DNA of 64,000 nucleotides from Escherichia coli (GTDB lineage Bacteria; Pseudomonadota; Gammaproteobacteria; Enterobacterales; Enterobacteriaceae): NCBI RefSeq assembly GCF_022846255.1, contig NZ_AP025682.1; one strand, 5' to 3'. Shown piece by piece: positions 31,656 to 41,231 of this stretch (position 1 is its first letter; each line of letters starts with the position of its first letter). The notes under the pieces were generated by a model. It saw only the letters and a program-made list of their open reading frames with translations, ran no database searches and was not told where the DNA came from. The position numbers and the translations under genes were made by a program.

Positions 31656-32219
31656 ATGACGAGAAAATATCTCACACAGGATGAAGTCTACAGGCTGATG
31701 GATGCAGCCCAGAGCATGTCCTTTCCTGAAAGAAATCGCTGTCTAATTATGATGGCTTTCATTCACGGTTTTAGGGCCAGTGAACTTCTTGATTTACGTT
31801 TATCCGATATTGATGCATCAGGAAAACAACTTAATATCCGGCGTATTAAAAATGGCTTCTCGACAACACATCCTCTTCTTCCTGATGAATATAATCTGAT
31901 CAAGTTGTGGCTTAAGCAGAGGAAGTTAATTGAAAATGGAGTTGAAGGAGACTGGCTTTTTCTCTCCCGGAAACGCCGCCCTATCAGCAGACAACATTTT
32001 TTTTCGATCATTCGTGAGGCTGGAAGACGTGCAGGATTAGCTGTAAAAGCACATCCTCATATGTTACGTCATGCCTGTGGTTTTGCTCTGGCTGACAATG
32101 GTGTCGATACCCGACTACTTCAGGATTATCTGGGTCATCGAAATATTCAGCATACTGTCAGATACACAGCCAGTAATGCTGCTCGATTTAAAGGGGTGTG
32201 GAAAAAAAAGCCTCGTTAA
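31656..32219 (+). CDS. FimB/FimE-type tyrosine site-specific recombinase (ipuA-like); ORF extends to 31599
   Basis: About 187 aa with tyrosine-recombinase catalytic signature (HPHMLRH, LGHRNI, conserved Y) and strong resemblance to FimB/FimE. Confidence 0.85.
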   Translation: MTRKYLTQDEVYRLMDAAQSMSFPERNRCLIMMAFIHGFRASELLDLRLSDIDASGKQLNIRRIKNGFSTTHPLLPDEYNLIKLWLKQRKLIENGVEGDWLFLSRKRRPISRQHFFSIIREAGRRAGLAVKAHPHMLRHACGFALADNGVDTRLLQDYLGHRNIQHTVRYTASNAARFKGVWKKKPR

Positions 32220-32231
32220 AACAGTACCTTC

Positions 32232-32247
32232 TGATTCAAAATGTCAG
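32232..32247. repeat. left inverted repeat TGATTCAAAATGTCAG of candidate invertible switch
   Basis: Perfect 16-bp reverse-complement match to 32494-32509. Confidence 0.8.
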
Positions 32248-32493
32248 ATTCCTACGTTTTCCTCAATTCTTCCATAAAAAAACAGCTCATTCAATTAAAT
32301 AAAACACATAACATGTTGATATTTCTCGCTAAAGTAAAATAACCCCATGATTTGAAATGATTAACCATAAAGGTCATACCAGTGATCAGTTTTCACTCGC
32401 GTTGTTAAATAACACAAAATTAAAAACAATAAAAATCAAACAAATTAGATTTATATTCCAAGAAAATTAAATATTCAGGCTATTAAACCAAAC
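32248..32493. promoter_or_regulatory. candidate invertible (phase-variable) promoter segment, about 246 bp, AT-rich (ipuS-like)
   Basis: Flanked by perfect 16-bp inverted repeats, immediately downstream of a FimB/E-like recombinase and upstream of LuxR regulator and autotransporter genes. Confidence 0.65.
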
Positions 32494-32518
32494 CTGACAT
32501 TTTGAATCAAAATGTCAG
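32494..32518. repeat. right inverted repeat, embedded in a 25-bp palindrome CTGACATTTTGA-A-TCAAAATGTCAG
   Basis: 32494-32509 is the reverse complement of the left IR; 32503-32518 is a near-direct copy of the left IR. Confidence 0.8.
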
Positions 32519-32548
32519 GTTTTGTAGCAATGGCGTGGACGAGTCTGA

Positions 32549-33343
32549 ATGAAGAAGCCTCTGGTTATTATCAGTGCCTGTCAGTTCACCAGGCTGGCAC
32601 TGGAGTCTCTCATCCCAACGGACAGGTATCTCGTGCGGGTGTACAGCAACGTCACTACAGAGGTTGAATTCGTTTTAAAGACCTCCTGTGGCTACCTGTT
32701 AGCTGATATCCCATCGCTTCCTTCGGGGGAGTTGGTTCTTCTGGCTTGTCTTGTCCGCTTGCGGAGTGATGCCGGGCAATGGCAGGTCTGCCTGACCGGT
32801 GACTCCGACTGGTTCGATAATGCTCCTGCTGCAAGTCTGTATAACGGCTTCCCACGCATCGGCACCATGCTGACAGCGAGTCGTTATCAGAATCAAATTA
32901 TCCGCTGGTTACTACGTCCTTTGCCCGGCGATATGAGCGATTTCTGGCTCCTGACTGCACGGGAGTTGAGCGTGCTTAAGATTCTGATGCAGGGTATGAG
33001 TTTCAGTGAGATTGCCCGTTATGAACAACGCAGTTCAAAGACCCTGCATGCGATTGCCACACGGGCTTTAATGAAACTTGGACTGGGAACACTGAGCGAT
33101 TTCAGGCTGCTCTATACGGGATGCGGTGACAGCAGAGTGAAACGGAATATACGGCTACATGCAAAATATATCGGACAACATTCCGCTCATCGACTCACTC
33201 AGTATGTGCAGAACATGGTATCCGGAATTCTTTATCCAGAGAAAGTTGCCGTTGGTGAATCAATAAATTCTGACGCCATATCCGGAAAAGTACTTTCCGG
33301 ACAAAGAAAAAATATGTCTAAAAAAAGACCAGGATTGTTATGA
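32549..33343 (+). CDS. LuxR-family transcriptional regulator (ipuR-like)
   Basis: 264-aa ORF with LuxR-type HTH (LSVLKILMQGMSFSEIARYEQRSSKTLH...) closely resembling the PdeL HTH in this window. Confidence 0.75.
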   Translation: MKKPLVIISACQFTRLALESLIPTDRYLVRVYSNVTTEVEFVLKTSCGYLLADIPSLPSGELVLLACLVRLRSDAGQWQVCLTGDSDWFDNAPAASLYNGFPRIGTMLTASRYQNQIIRWLLRPLPGDMSDFWLLTARELSVLKILMQGMSFSEIARYEQRSSKTLHAIATRALMKLGLGTLSDFRLLYTGCGDSRVKRNIRLHAKYIGQHSAHRLTQYVQNMVSGILYPEKVAVGESINSDAISGKVLSGQRKNMSKKRPGLL

Positions 33344-33442
33344 CACAGCAGCGTTGTTACTACCCCCCACTGCGGCGCATACGGACTCGCTACAGTGTAG
33401 GAGCCAAAATATTTCTACTGCTCTGGGCTGCAGGATTGGGAG

Positions 33443-33469
33443 GCACGCTGTACAGCCTGTACAGCGTGC
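33443..33469. promoter_or_regulatory. 27-bp perfect palindrome GCACGCTGTACAG-C-CTGTACAGCGTGC between the two LuxR genes
   Basis: Two tandem copies of the self-complementary octamer CTGTACAG within a 13-bp-arm palindrome; function unknown. Confidence 0.4.
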
Positions 33470-33496
33470 TGGCGTACTGACATCTGTGAGGGAAGG

Positions 33497-34258
33497 ATGC
33501 GTTTCGTTCTTTTCTGTCCCTCAGGAATTGTACCAGCGCAGTTCGCAGCTCTATCAACCGGTTCTGTCGGCAATGTTACCTGCATCAGAACAGAAGAGGA
33601 GTTACGCAATAAATTGCGGCACAGGCCACAGAGTGTCGTGATATCGGCAGGGCGACCTGCCGAATGCGCTGAAATGTGGTTCCGATTTTATCGGGATCAC
33701 TCATTCGTGGTGGTGTTGTGCGTCGCACCCTTTTTTCTGCCACCAGATGTGAGTATTTCTGGCGTTCTCAAAAACCTGAGGTTACTGAAACCAGGAATGT
33801 CAGTAGAGCGTGTCATCAGTATTGCAAATGCCTCTGGTGGGTTTTCAGGGCTGAAACATGCAGAAATTTTGCCAGTTATGGACAGTTACTCTGTCTTTAT
33901 GAAAGAGGTGAATAACCGCACAAAGACAATCGTCATGTCAGAACGCTTCCCGGAAAAGCAAAAGAAGGTGTTGTCGTTGCTTCTTGCCGGACACAGCTGG
34001 GAATACAGTGCGCAGTTTCTCAAAACGGGGATAAGACAGATATGGCTTGCCGAGCAGTCGCTAAAAAAGCGTTGGGGAATACCGGACAGCATGTCATTGC
34101 GGGAAGCCCTGCTGCTTGGCAGCAATAAATTTCACGGTGATGGAAACGCATTGGAAACAACGAATGCCATGACATTGCGTGAAAACGGAAATACCAACAG
34201 GTATTCCGTGGTGGTAAATGCAGGGACGCAGGCTTTATCTCTGCATAAATATAAATAA
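33497..34258 (+). CDS. second LuxR-type HTH regulator
   Basis: 253-aa ORF with C-terminal LuxR-like HTH (KQKKVLSLLLAGHSWEYSAQFL...). Confidence 0.65.
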   Translation: MRFVLFCPSGIVPAQFAALSTGSVGNVTCIRTEEELRNKLRHRPQSVVISAGRPAECAEMWFRFYRDHSFVVVLCVAPFFLPPDVSISGVLKNLRLLKPGMSVERVISIANASGGFSGLKHAEILPVMDSYSVFMKEVNNRTKTIVMSERFPEKQKKVLSLLLAGHSWEYSAQFLKTGIRQIWLAEQSLKKRWGIPDSMSLREALLLGSNKFHGDGNALETTNAMTLRENGNTNRYSVVVNAGTQALSLHKYK

Positions 34259-34299
34259 GTGGGAAATTGAAATTAGTTACCAGAATGGAGAATTTCTTC

Positions 34300-36762
34300 A
34301 TGAAAAACAGTAAGGCATTTTACCGCAGCGCATTAGCAACAGCTATTGTTATGGCTCTTTCTGCACCAGCATTCGCTGCTGATAAAGCGGTATCAACTGA
34401 TTCGGTTACGCTGAATAAAGATAAGACAACTCTGGATCAAGATGTTGTTATTAACGGTGATAACAAGATTACAGCCGTAACAATTGAAACGTCAGATTCA
34501 GATAAAGACCTTAATGTTACTTTTGGCGGTCACGATATTACCGCCGCATCAACGGTAAACCAAGGTTTCGTTGAAGGTGTAAAAGTTAGCGGTGACAAAA
34601 ATGTTGTGATTAATGCTACAGGCTCCACCATCACAGCTCAAGGTGAAGGCACCTATGTCCGGTCTGCAATGGTCATTTCTTCAACTGGCGATGTTGTTGT
34701 TAATGGCGGTAATTTCGTTGCAAAAAATGAAAAAGGTAGTGCGACAGGGATATCTCTGGAAGGGCCCCAGGGAAATAATGTCACGCTCAATGGCACAACC
34801 ATAAATGCTCAAGGCAATAAGAACTCCAGCAACGGCTCCAGGGCAATTTTTGCTCAAAAGGTTAGCGGATTGGATGGTTTTAACGGTGATGCAACAGACA
34901 ACATTACCCTTGCTGGCTCAAATATTATTAATGGTCGGATTGAAACAATACTTATTGCCAAGGAGAATAAGGGAACTCATACAGTCAACCTGAATATTAA
35001 GGATGGCTCAGTAATTGGGGCGGCTAATAATAAACAAACAATTTATGCCTCAGCTTCGGCACAAGGAACAGGTTCAGCAACGCAAAATTTAAATTTGTCT
35101 GTTGCTGATTCAGCCATCTACTCTGATATCAAGGCCCTTTCTGTAAGCAATAGTTCAGTCGGTACCACAACAAATGTAAACATGAACGTTGCCCGCTCTT
35201 ACTGGGAAGGTAATGCTTATGCTGATGCTTATGGCGATAAAGCGAGTAGTAATCTGAATATAAATCTTTCCGATGGCTCAGTCTGGAAAGGTAACGTAGG
35301 TAAAGGTCTGGATGGTAGTGCACGTGTCACACTGAAAAACTCCAGCTGGGATGGTGATGTCAACAACGCCAAAACTGCTGTTTTTCTGACGGATGGTTCT
35401 GTGTGGAATGGTGCTGTTTCCATTAACGCGCCAGTGGACCGCGCATCAGTACCAATGGGCTCGGTTCAACCAAATAAAAGCAGTGTATCTCTGCAAAACG
35501 GGTCTGTCTGGAATGTTACGGGAGCCTCAACTGTTGATGCTCTGGCAGTAAAAGACAGTACGGTTAATATCACGAAGGCTACAGTCAATACTGGCACGTT
35601 TGCTTCTCAAAACGGCACTCTGATTGTTGATGCCTCTTCTGAAAACACTCTGGATATCAGCGGAAAAGCGAGCGGTGACTTGCGTGTTTACAGTGCGGGT
35701 TCATTGGATCTTATCAATGAACAAACGGCATTTATTTCTACCGGCAAAGACAGCACTCTAAAAGCCACAGGCACAACGGAAGGTGGTCTGTATCAATATG
35801 ACCTGACACAGGGAGCTGATGGTAACTTTTATTTCGTAAAAAACACGCATAAAGCATCCAACGCCAGCTCCGTGATTCAGGCAATGGCAGCTGCTCCGGC
35901 TAACGTTGCTAATCTGCAGGCTGACACGCTCTCCGCCCGTCAGGATGCTGTCCGTCTGAGCGAAAATGACAAGGGCGGCGTATGGATTCAGTACTTTGGC
36001 GGTAAACAGAAACATACCACCGCGGGAAATGCATCCTATGACCTGGATGTAAATGGTGTAATGCTGGGTGGTGATACCCGCTTCATAACTGAAGATGGTA
36101 GCTGGCTGGCCGGTGTGGCGATGTCTTCTGCGAAAGGTGACATGACTACCATGCAGAGCAAAGGTGACACTGAAGGTTACAGCTTCCACGCTTACCTGAG
36201 CCGCCAGTATAACAACGGTATCTTCATTGATACTGCTGCACAGTTTGGTCACTACAGCAACACGGCAGATGTTCGCCTGATGAATGGTGGCGGTACCTTT
36301 AAAGCTGACTTTAACACCAATGGTTTCGGTGCGATGGTTAAAGGTGGTTACACCTGGGAAGACGGTAATGGCCTGTTTATTCAGCCATATGCCAAACTGT
36401 CTGCTCTGACGCTGGAAGGTGTGGATTATCAGCTCAACGGCGTGGACGTTCATTCTGACAGCTATAACTCTGTGCTGGGTGAGGCCGGTACGCGCGTGGG
36501 TTATGACTTCGCTGTGGGCAACTCGACCGTTAAACCTTATCTGAATCTGGCCGCACTGAACGAATTCTCTGATGGCAACAAAGTCCGTCTGGGTGATGAG
36601 TCTGTCAATGCCAGCATTGACGGTGCAGCATTCCGCGTGGGTGCAGGTGTACAGGCTGATATCACCAAAAACATGGGAGCATATGCTAGCCTTGACTACA
36701 CCAAAGGTGACGACATTGAGAACCCGCTACAGGGTGTAGTTGGTATCAATGTGACCTGGTAA
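34300..36762 (+). CDS. autotransporter adhesin (type Va secretion; upaE-like); ORF in track begins 34267
   Basis: Signal peptide MKNSKAFYRSALATAIVMALSAPAFA, repetitive Gly/Asn/Thr-rich passenger, C-terminal beta-barrel region ending ...GINVTW. Confidence 0.85.
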   Translation: MKNSKAFYRSALATAIVMALSAPAFAADKAVSTDSVTLNKDKTTLDQDVVINGDNKITAVTIETSDSDKDLNVTFGGHDITAASTVNQGFVEGVKVSGDKNVVINATGSTITAQGEGTYVRSAMVISSTGDVVVNGGNFVAKNEKGSATGISLEGPQGNNVTLNGTTINAQGNKNSSNGSRAIFAQKVSGLDGFNGDATDNITLAGSNIINGRIETILIAKENKGTHTVNLNIKDGSVIGAANNKQTIYASASAQGTGSATQNLNLSVADSAIYSDIKALSVSNSSVGTTTNVNMNVARSYWEGNAYADAYGDKASSNLNINLSDGSVWKGNVGKGLDGSARVTLKNSSWDGDVNNAKTAVFLTDGSVWNGAVSINAPVDRASVPMGSVQPNKSSVSLQNGSVWNVTGASTVDALAVKDSTVNITKATVNTGTFASQNGTLIVDASSENTLDISGKASGDLRVYSAGSLDLINEQTAFISTGKDSTLKATGTTEGGLYQYDLTQGADGNFYFVKNTHKASNASSVIQAMAAAPANVANLQADTLSARQDAVRLSENDKGGVWIQYFGGKQKHTTAGNASYDLDVNGVMLGGDTRFITEDGSWLAGVAMSSAKGDMTTMQSKGDTEGYSFHAYLSRQYNNGIFIDTAAQFGHYSNTADVRLMNGGGTFKADFNTNGFGAMVKGGYTWEDGNGLFIQPYAKLSALTLEGVDYQLNGVDVHSDSYNSVLGEAGTRVGYDFAVGNSTVKPYLNLAALNEFSDGNKVRLGDESVNASIDGAAFRVGAGVQADITKNMGAYASLDYTKGDDIENPLQGVVGINVTW

Positions 36763-36801
36763 GAATAAAGCAGTCGGTTCCCCTGTCGACTGTTATACCC
36801 C

Positions 36802-36830
36802 CCTGCAGGCAGCAGTATGCTGCCTGCAGG
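36802..36830 (+). terminator. hairpin downstream of the autotransporter gene (CCTGCAGGCAGC-loop-GCTGCCTGCAGG)
   Basis: 12-13 bp perfect stem 40 bp after the stop codon; no strong U-tract. Confidence 0.5.
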
Positions 36831-36946
36831 CTATAAATATCCAGTATTCATGATGCTGGCTTTTTGCTGATATTTACCCTGAACATTCCTGATACAGACT
36901 ATTAATACAATCTTATCTGCGACAGATTTCATTTTCTGGATATATT

Positions 36947-37615
36947 ATGAATGAACAAATCAAACAGGATATCGATCTGATTGAGATTTTATTTTATCTG
37001 AAGAAAAAGATTCGTGTTATCCTTTTTATTATAGCTATCTGTATGGCAATGGTGCTGTTGTTTCTGTATATCAATAAAGATAATATAAAAGTGAGTTACA
37101 GCCTAAAAATAAATCAGACAACACCAGGCATACTTGTTAGCTGTGATAGCAATAATAACTTTGTCTGTCAGACCACAATGACTGAAGATGTTATTCAGCG
37201 AATTACTACATTTTTTCAGACCAGCCCAGATGTCAAGAACAGAGAAATAAAGCTGGAATGGTCAGGAGATAAGAGAGATTTACCAACTGCTGAAGCGGAA
37301 ATATCTCGCGTGCAGGCGTCTATCATCAAATGGTATGCGTCAGAATACCATAATGGCAGGCAAGTTCTCGATGAGATACAAACGCCTTCAGCAATTAACA
37401 GTGAGCTTTATACAAAAATGATATACCTGACCAGGAACTGGTCACTATATCCGAACGGTGATGGCTGTGTCACTATAAGCTCACCAGAAATAAAAAATAA
37501 ATACCCTGCTGCCATTTGCCTGGCTCTGGGATTTTTTCTAAGTATTGTGATTTCTGTAATGTTTTGCCTTGTCAAAAAAATGGTAGATGAATACCAACAA
37601 AACTCTGGGCAGTAA
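36947..37615 (+). CDS. ykgH: inner-membrane protein YkgH
   Basis: 222-aa ORF with N- and C-terminal TM segments; conserved synteny beside ykgG. Confidence 0.8.
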   Translation: MNEQIKQDIDLIEILFYLKKKIRVILFIIAICMAMVLLFLYINKDNIKVSYSLKINQTTPGILVSCDSNNNFVCQTTMTEDVIQRITTFFQTSPDVKNREIKLEWSGDKRDLPTAEAEISRVQASIIKWYASEYHNGRQVLDEIQTPSAINSELYTKMIYLTRNWSLYPNGDGCVTISSPEIKNKYPAAICLALGFFLSIVISVMFCLVKKMVDEYQQNSGQ

Positions 37616-37857
37616 TAAACAGCATTCTGACAGAGAGTGCCTGTATAAAACTATAGTGACAGTGACCGGGAAGGGAGCCCGTCTTCAGGAATGGATTCCT
37701 GTCTTTTTAACTGTAAATATCCTGGCATTATTAATGTCAGGATATTTACAGAAGAGCAGCATAACCATGACGGAACGGGGTTAAGTCAGGTTGTCCTTAA
37801 CGTTATTCACAACCTCGTATACCGCCTTCAGGTTTATGTCCAGACTACATATCTCTC

Positions 37858-38553
37858 TCAGCAATCCTCAATAATCAGATACACCGCTTTCACCGGACCA
37901 TGAACCCCGACGACTTTGATAAGCTCAATGTCCGCCGTTGAACTGGGACCACTGATGATGTTAATACATGACGGCATTCGTTCACCGGCCTGCGCTTTCT
38001 GATGCAATTTTTCTGCGAGTTGCGCTACACGCGGCAGGATTGTGCTTTTACGCAGGATAAAAAGAGAAGATTCCGGGAGCAGGCTCAATGAACGCCCGCG
38101 CCCGGCGGCGGAAAAAAGAACCACGCCTCCCGATTCGGTTAAACCATATTCAGCATATACGACGCCCACTTTAGCCTGCTCTGCTTGTGATATGTTCTCA
38201 ATACCTTTCGCCGGATCCCAAACAACGGCATTGCATTCCTGCTGCAAACGTTCGCTAATCCCCAATTCCTCCAGCCTCGTGTCACCACTAATCACGACCG
38301 ACTGATCTCCCAGCTCTTTACACAGACGTATTGCAGCTTCTGCCGCCTTCGCCTCGCTGGTCAGTTCACAGCGCGTCAACATAACATCGCTGGCAAACTG
38401 GATAAACGCGTCACAGCGCTGCTGTTGGGTAAGTTGGGTAAGCCGCTCGTTAGCATAGTTGTTAAGCGGCGCATCTTCTGCTTGCGGTTCAAGTCGCAGC
38501 GGGCGACCCAGTGCCTGAGCAACGTTATTCAAAAATTCGCTCCGATTATCCAT
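37858..38553 (-). CDS. ykgG: LutC-like lactate utilisation protein (start at MDNRSEFL; ORF extends to 38706)
   Basis: 231 aa from internal Met; 8-bp overlap with ykgF stop. Confidence 0.85.
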   Translation of the reverse strand: MDNRSEFLNNVAQALGRPLRLEPQAEDAPLNNYANERLTQLTQQQRCDAFIQFASDVMLTRCELTSEAKAAEAAIRLCKELGDQSVVISGDTRLEELGISERLQQECNAVVWDPAKGIENISQAEQAKVGVVYAEYGLTESGGVVLFSAAGRGRSLSLLPESSLFILRKSTILPRVAQLAEKLHQKAQAGERMPSCINIISGPSSTADIELIKVVGVHGPVKAVYLIIEDC

Positions 38554-39973
38554 TCTTTTTCTCCTGCGCCTGATGTTTCTTAAACCAACTACGGAAACTC
38601 TCTCCGTCAGCTTCAGGAAGATCGCGTGCTTCCATCCAGTCGCTAATCGCGCCAAATTTGAGTGGTGTTTTGCCGCCATTGATAAACCAGCTTGCCGCAT
38701 GAGCACCAGCCATCATCCCAACTTTCCACAATCCTGGATGACTATTGGCATAAGCGAACATTTTTATCGCCCGTTGCTCTGCTTTTGCGGTGATCCCTTT
38801 TTCAGCCATCACCCGACGATGACGCAAAATCAGTTTTGACAGCGGAATACGCACCGGACACACGCTGTCACAAGCGGTGCATAAAGAGCAGGCGTAGGGT
38901 AAATCTTTAAAATCTTTATAGCCGCCAAGTAACGGGGAAATCACCGCACCAATTGGCCCTGGATAAATAGAGCCATATCCATGACCGCCAATATGGCGAT
39001 ATGCCGGACAAGTATTCATACAAGCCCCGCAGCGAATACAGCGCAGCACATCCCGAAATTCAGAGGCCAGCACCTCAGAACGCCCGTTATCGACAATAAC
39101 CAGATGAAACTCTTCAGGACCATCAACGTGCCCCGCTTCGCGCGGTCCTGTCAGCCAGGTGTTGTATCCCGTCAAACGTGCACCAACGGCACTGCGCGCC
39201 AGCATGGTGATCAATACATCTACCTCTGCAAACGTGGGGGCAATACGCTCCATTCCCATCACTGCAATATGCGTTTTAGGCAGCGTGGTACACATTCGCG
39301 CATTACCTTCATTGGTCACCAGGCATACCGAACCGGTCTCTGCCACCGCGAAATTACAGCCGGTAATACCTATTTCAGCACTGAGGAAATCTTCGCGGAT
39401 TTTTTGCCGAATGAATAAGGTCATCGCTTCAGGCGTTTCCGGCCCCTCATAGCCCAGACGTTCGTGTAGCACTCGACGGATCTGATGGCGATCTTTATGA
39501 ATTGCCGGGACCACAACATGAGAGGGCGGATCTTGATCCAGCTGGAGAATGTATTCACCCAGATCGGTTTCAATCACCTGAATGCCAGCATCCTGCAACA
39601 CATGATTGACACCAATCTCTTCGGTCACCATCGATTTAGATTTCACCACCTTCCGGGCATTTTTGCGTTGGGCAACCTGTAAAATGTAGCGGGTAGCGTC
39701 TTCTTTGGTTTTTGCAAAATAGACGTGACCGCCGTTTTGCGTCACTTTTTCTGAGAGCTGGTACAGATAAGCGTCGAGATTACTCAGAACATGATCACGT
39801 ATCTGGGCGGCCCGATCGCGCCACTCCTCCCAGTGCCCCAATTCATCGACCATTTTTTGCCGATTTGCCCCAATACGCTGCTGCGCGTTTGCCACCGCTT
39901 TGCGCATGATCGGATCTTCAATTTGCTGACGGATGCGTGTCTTAAAATCTGTATTACTGGTTTTGATCGACAT
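38546..39973 (-). CDS. ykgF: LutB-like iron-sulfur protein (4Fe-4S ferredoxin-type)
   Basis: 475-aa ORF with CxxCxxC...CP cysteine clusters. Confidence 0.9.
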   Translation of the reverse strand: MSIKTSNTDFKTRIRQQIEDPIMRKAVANAQQRIGANRQKMVDELGHWEEWRDRAAQIRDHVLSNLDAYLYQLSEKVTQNGGHVYFAKTKEDATRYILQVAQRKNARKVVKSKSMVTEEIGVNHVLQDAGIQVIETDLGEYILQLDQDPPSHVVVPAIHKDRHQIRRVLHERLGYEGPETPEAMTLFIRQKIREDFLSAEIGITGCNFAVAETGSVCLVTNEGNARMCTTLPKTHIAVMGMERIAPTFAEVDVLITMLARSAVGARLTGYNTWLTGPREAGHVDGPEEFHLVIVDNGRSEVLASEFRDVLRCIRCGACMNTCPAYRHIGGHGYGSIYPGPIGAVISPLLGGYKDFKDLPYACSLCTACDSVCPVRIPLSKLILRHRRVMAEKGITAKAEQRAIKMFAYANSHPGLWKVGMMAGAHAASWFINGGKTPLKFGAISDWMEARDLPEADGESFRSWFKKHQAQEKKNG

Positions 39974-39983
39974 CTTTATATCC

Positions 39984-40703
39984 TCAGCGGCTCATCAGCA
40001 CTTCAGCAATATGCATCACTTTGACTTTCTGCCCTTCCCGTTGTAATCGTCCACTGATGTTCAGCAGGCAACTCACGTCAGCACCAATTAAATACTCAGG
40101 GCGGACTTCCATCAGGTGCACAACCTTTTCTTTCACCATCTCGCCGGATATTTCGGCCATTTTGACCGAGAACGTGCCGCCAAATCCGCAGCAGGTATCC
40201 TGTTCAGCAAAGGTCAACAGCTCCAGTCCACGCACATTTTTCAGCAGCGTAAGTGGTTCGTCCTTCACCCCCAGCTTACGGGCCAGGCTACAAGATGGGT
40301 GATACACCGCTCTCCCTTGCAAACTGGCACCTACATCGACTACCCCTAATGTATTAACAATAAAAGAGGTGAGATCCTGCATACGCGCGGCAACCTTTTC
40401 GGCACGTGATGCCCATTCAGGTTCATCCGCCAGATACGTCGGGTAACTTTTTACGGCATAGGTGCAAGAGCCAGCCGGTGAAATAATGGGATCGTCGTTA
40501 TCCTCCAGTGCGGCGATCAGATTTTTCATCCCTGGAATCGCTTCTTTGATATAACCACTATTGATCGCAGGCTGACCGCAGCATCCCTGTTTCTCCGGGA
40601 AATTTACGCGACAGCCGAGTTTTTCCAGTAGCAGCACGGAGTCTCGTGCCATTCTTGATTTCAGGGCGTCACCAATACAGGTGACAAAAAAATTGACATT
40701 CAC
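39984..40703 (-). CDS. ykgE: LutA-like Fe-S oxidoreductase with cysteine-rich domains
   Basis: 239-aa ORF with CCG-type cysteine motifs. Confidence 0.9.
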   Translation of the reverse strand: MNVNFFVTCIGDALKSRMARDSVLLLEKLGCRVNFPEKQGCCGQPAINSGYIKEAIPGMKNLIAALEDNDDPIISPAGSCTYAVKSYPTYLADEPEWASRAEKVAARMQDLTSFIVNTLGVVDVGASLQGRAVYHPSCSLARKLGVKDEPLTLLKNVRGLELLTFAEQDTCCGFGGTFSVKMAEISGEMVKEKVVHLMEVRPEYLIGADVSCLLNISGRLQREGQKVKVMHIAEVLMSR

Positions 40704-41231
40704 AACTAATACTCCATTACTTCATGCCCATTTATGCCCGATGGTTCCCCCCTTCCGGGGGATCAATCATCAATAAATATGGCGTTCTTTTTTAATTGGC
40801 TAGCAACATACCACCCCTCATTTGTATGACAAATGATAATCTTTCATCTAAACTTCAAATGCAATAACTAATTTTATTTCTTTCGGCATCGCTCACATTT
40901 TATAGGGAAATCGACGATCATTTTTGGCATAAGAAATCCATTTAAAAAGGCTACATCCCTTATACCTATTCAGTGCTACTTATTCAGGGGTTATTGAGAT
41001 ATACACTGATGGTGTACAAACAAAATCACCAACAATAATTACGTATCAAGTAATAGTCGGCATTTTATTTAATTAAAGCAATTTAGTTTGCGTTTTTATT
41101 TAAAAACTGAGCTAGAGTCCATCAAAAAAAAATATATAAAGCCCAAAACCACCGTTGGAAATAGAAATAGTTGAAAGGCTCACAACTCCCGGAATGCGGA
41201 TTATCTTTACCCTGATTTCTGGCGGTTTTAT

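Noticed and set aside
33443-33469. Possible LexA (SOS) box because of CTGT...ACAG motifs
   Set aside because: Spacing is CTGT-N9-ACAG rather than the canonical CTGT-N8-ACAG and the flanking TA-rich context is missing; kept only as an unexplained palindrome.
35758-36453. 231-aa minus-strand ORF
   Set aside because: Antisense within the autotransporter beta-domain coding region.
30494-36946. Prophage or IS-mediated insertion as the origin of the island
   Set aside because: No transposase, phage integrase of the large type, tRNA attachment site or direct target-site duplication could be recognised; the only recombinase is a small FimB/E-type invertase.
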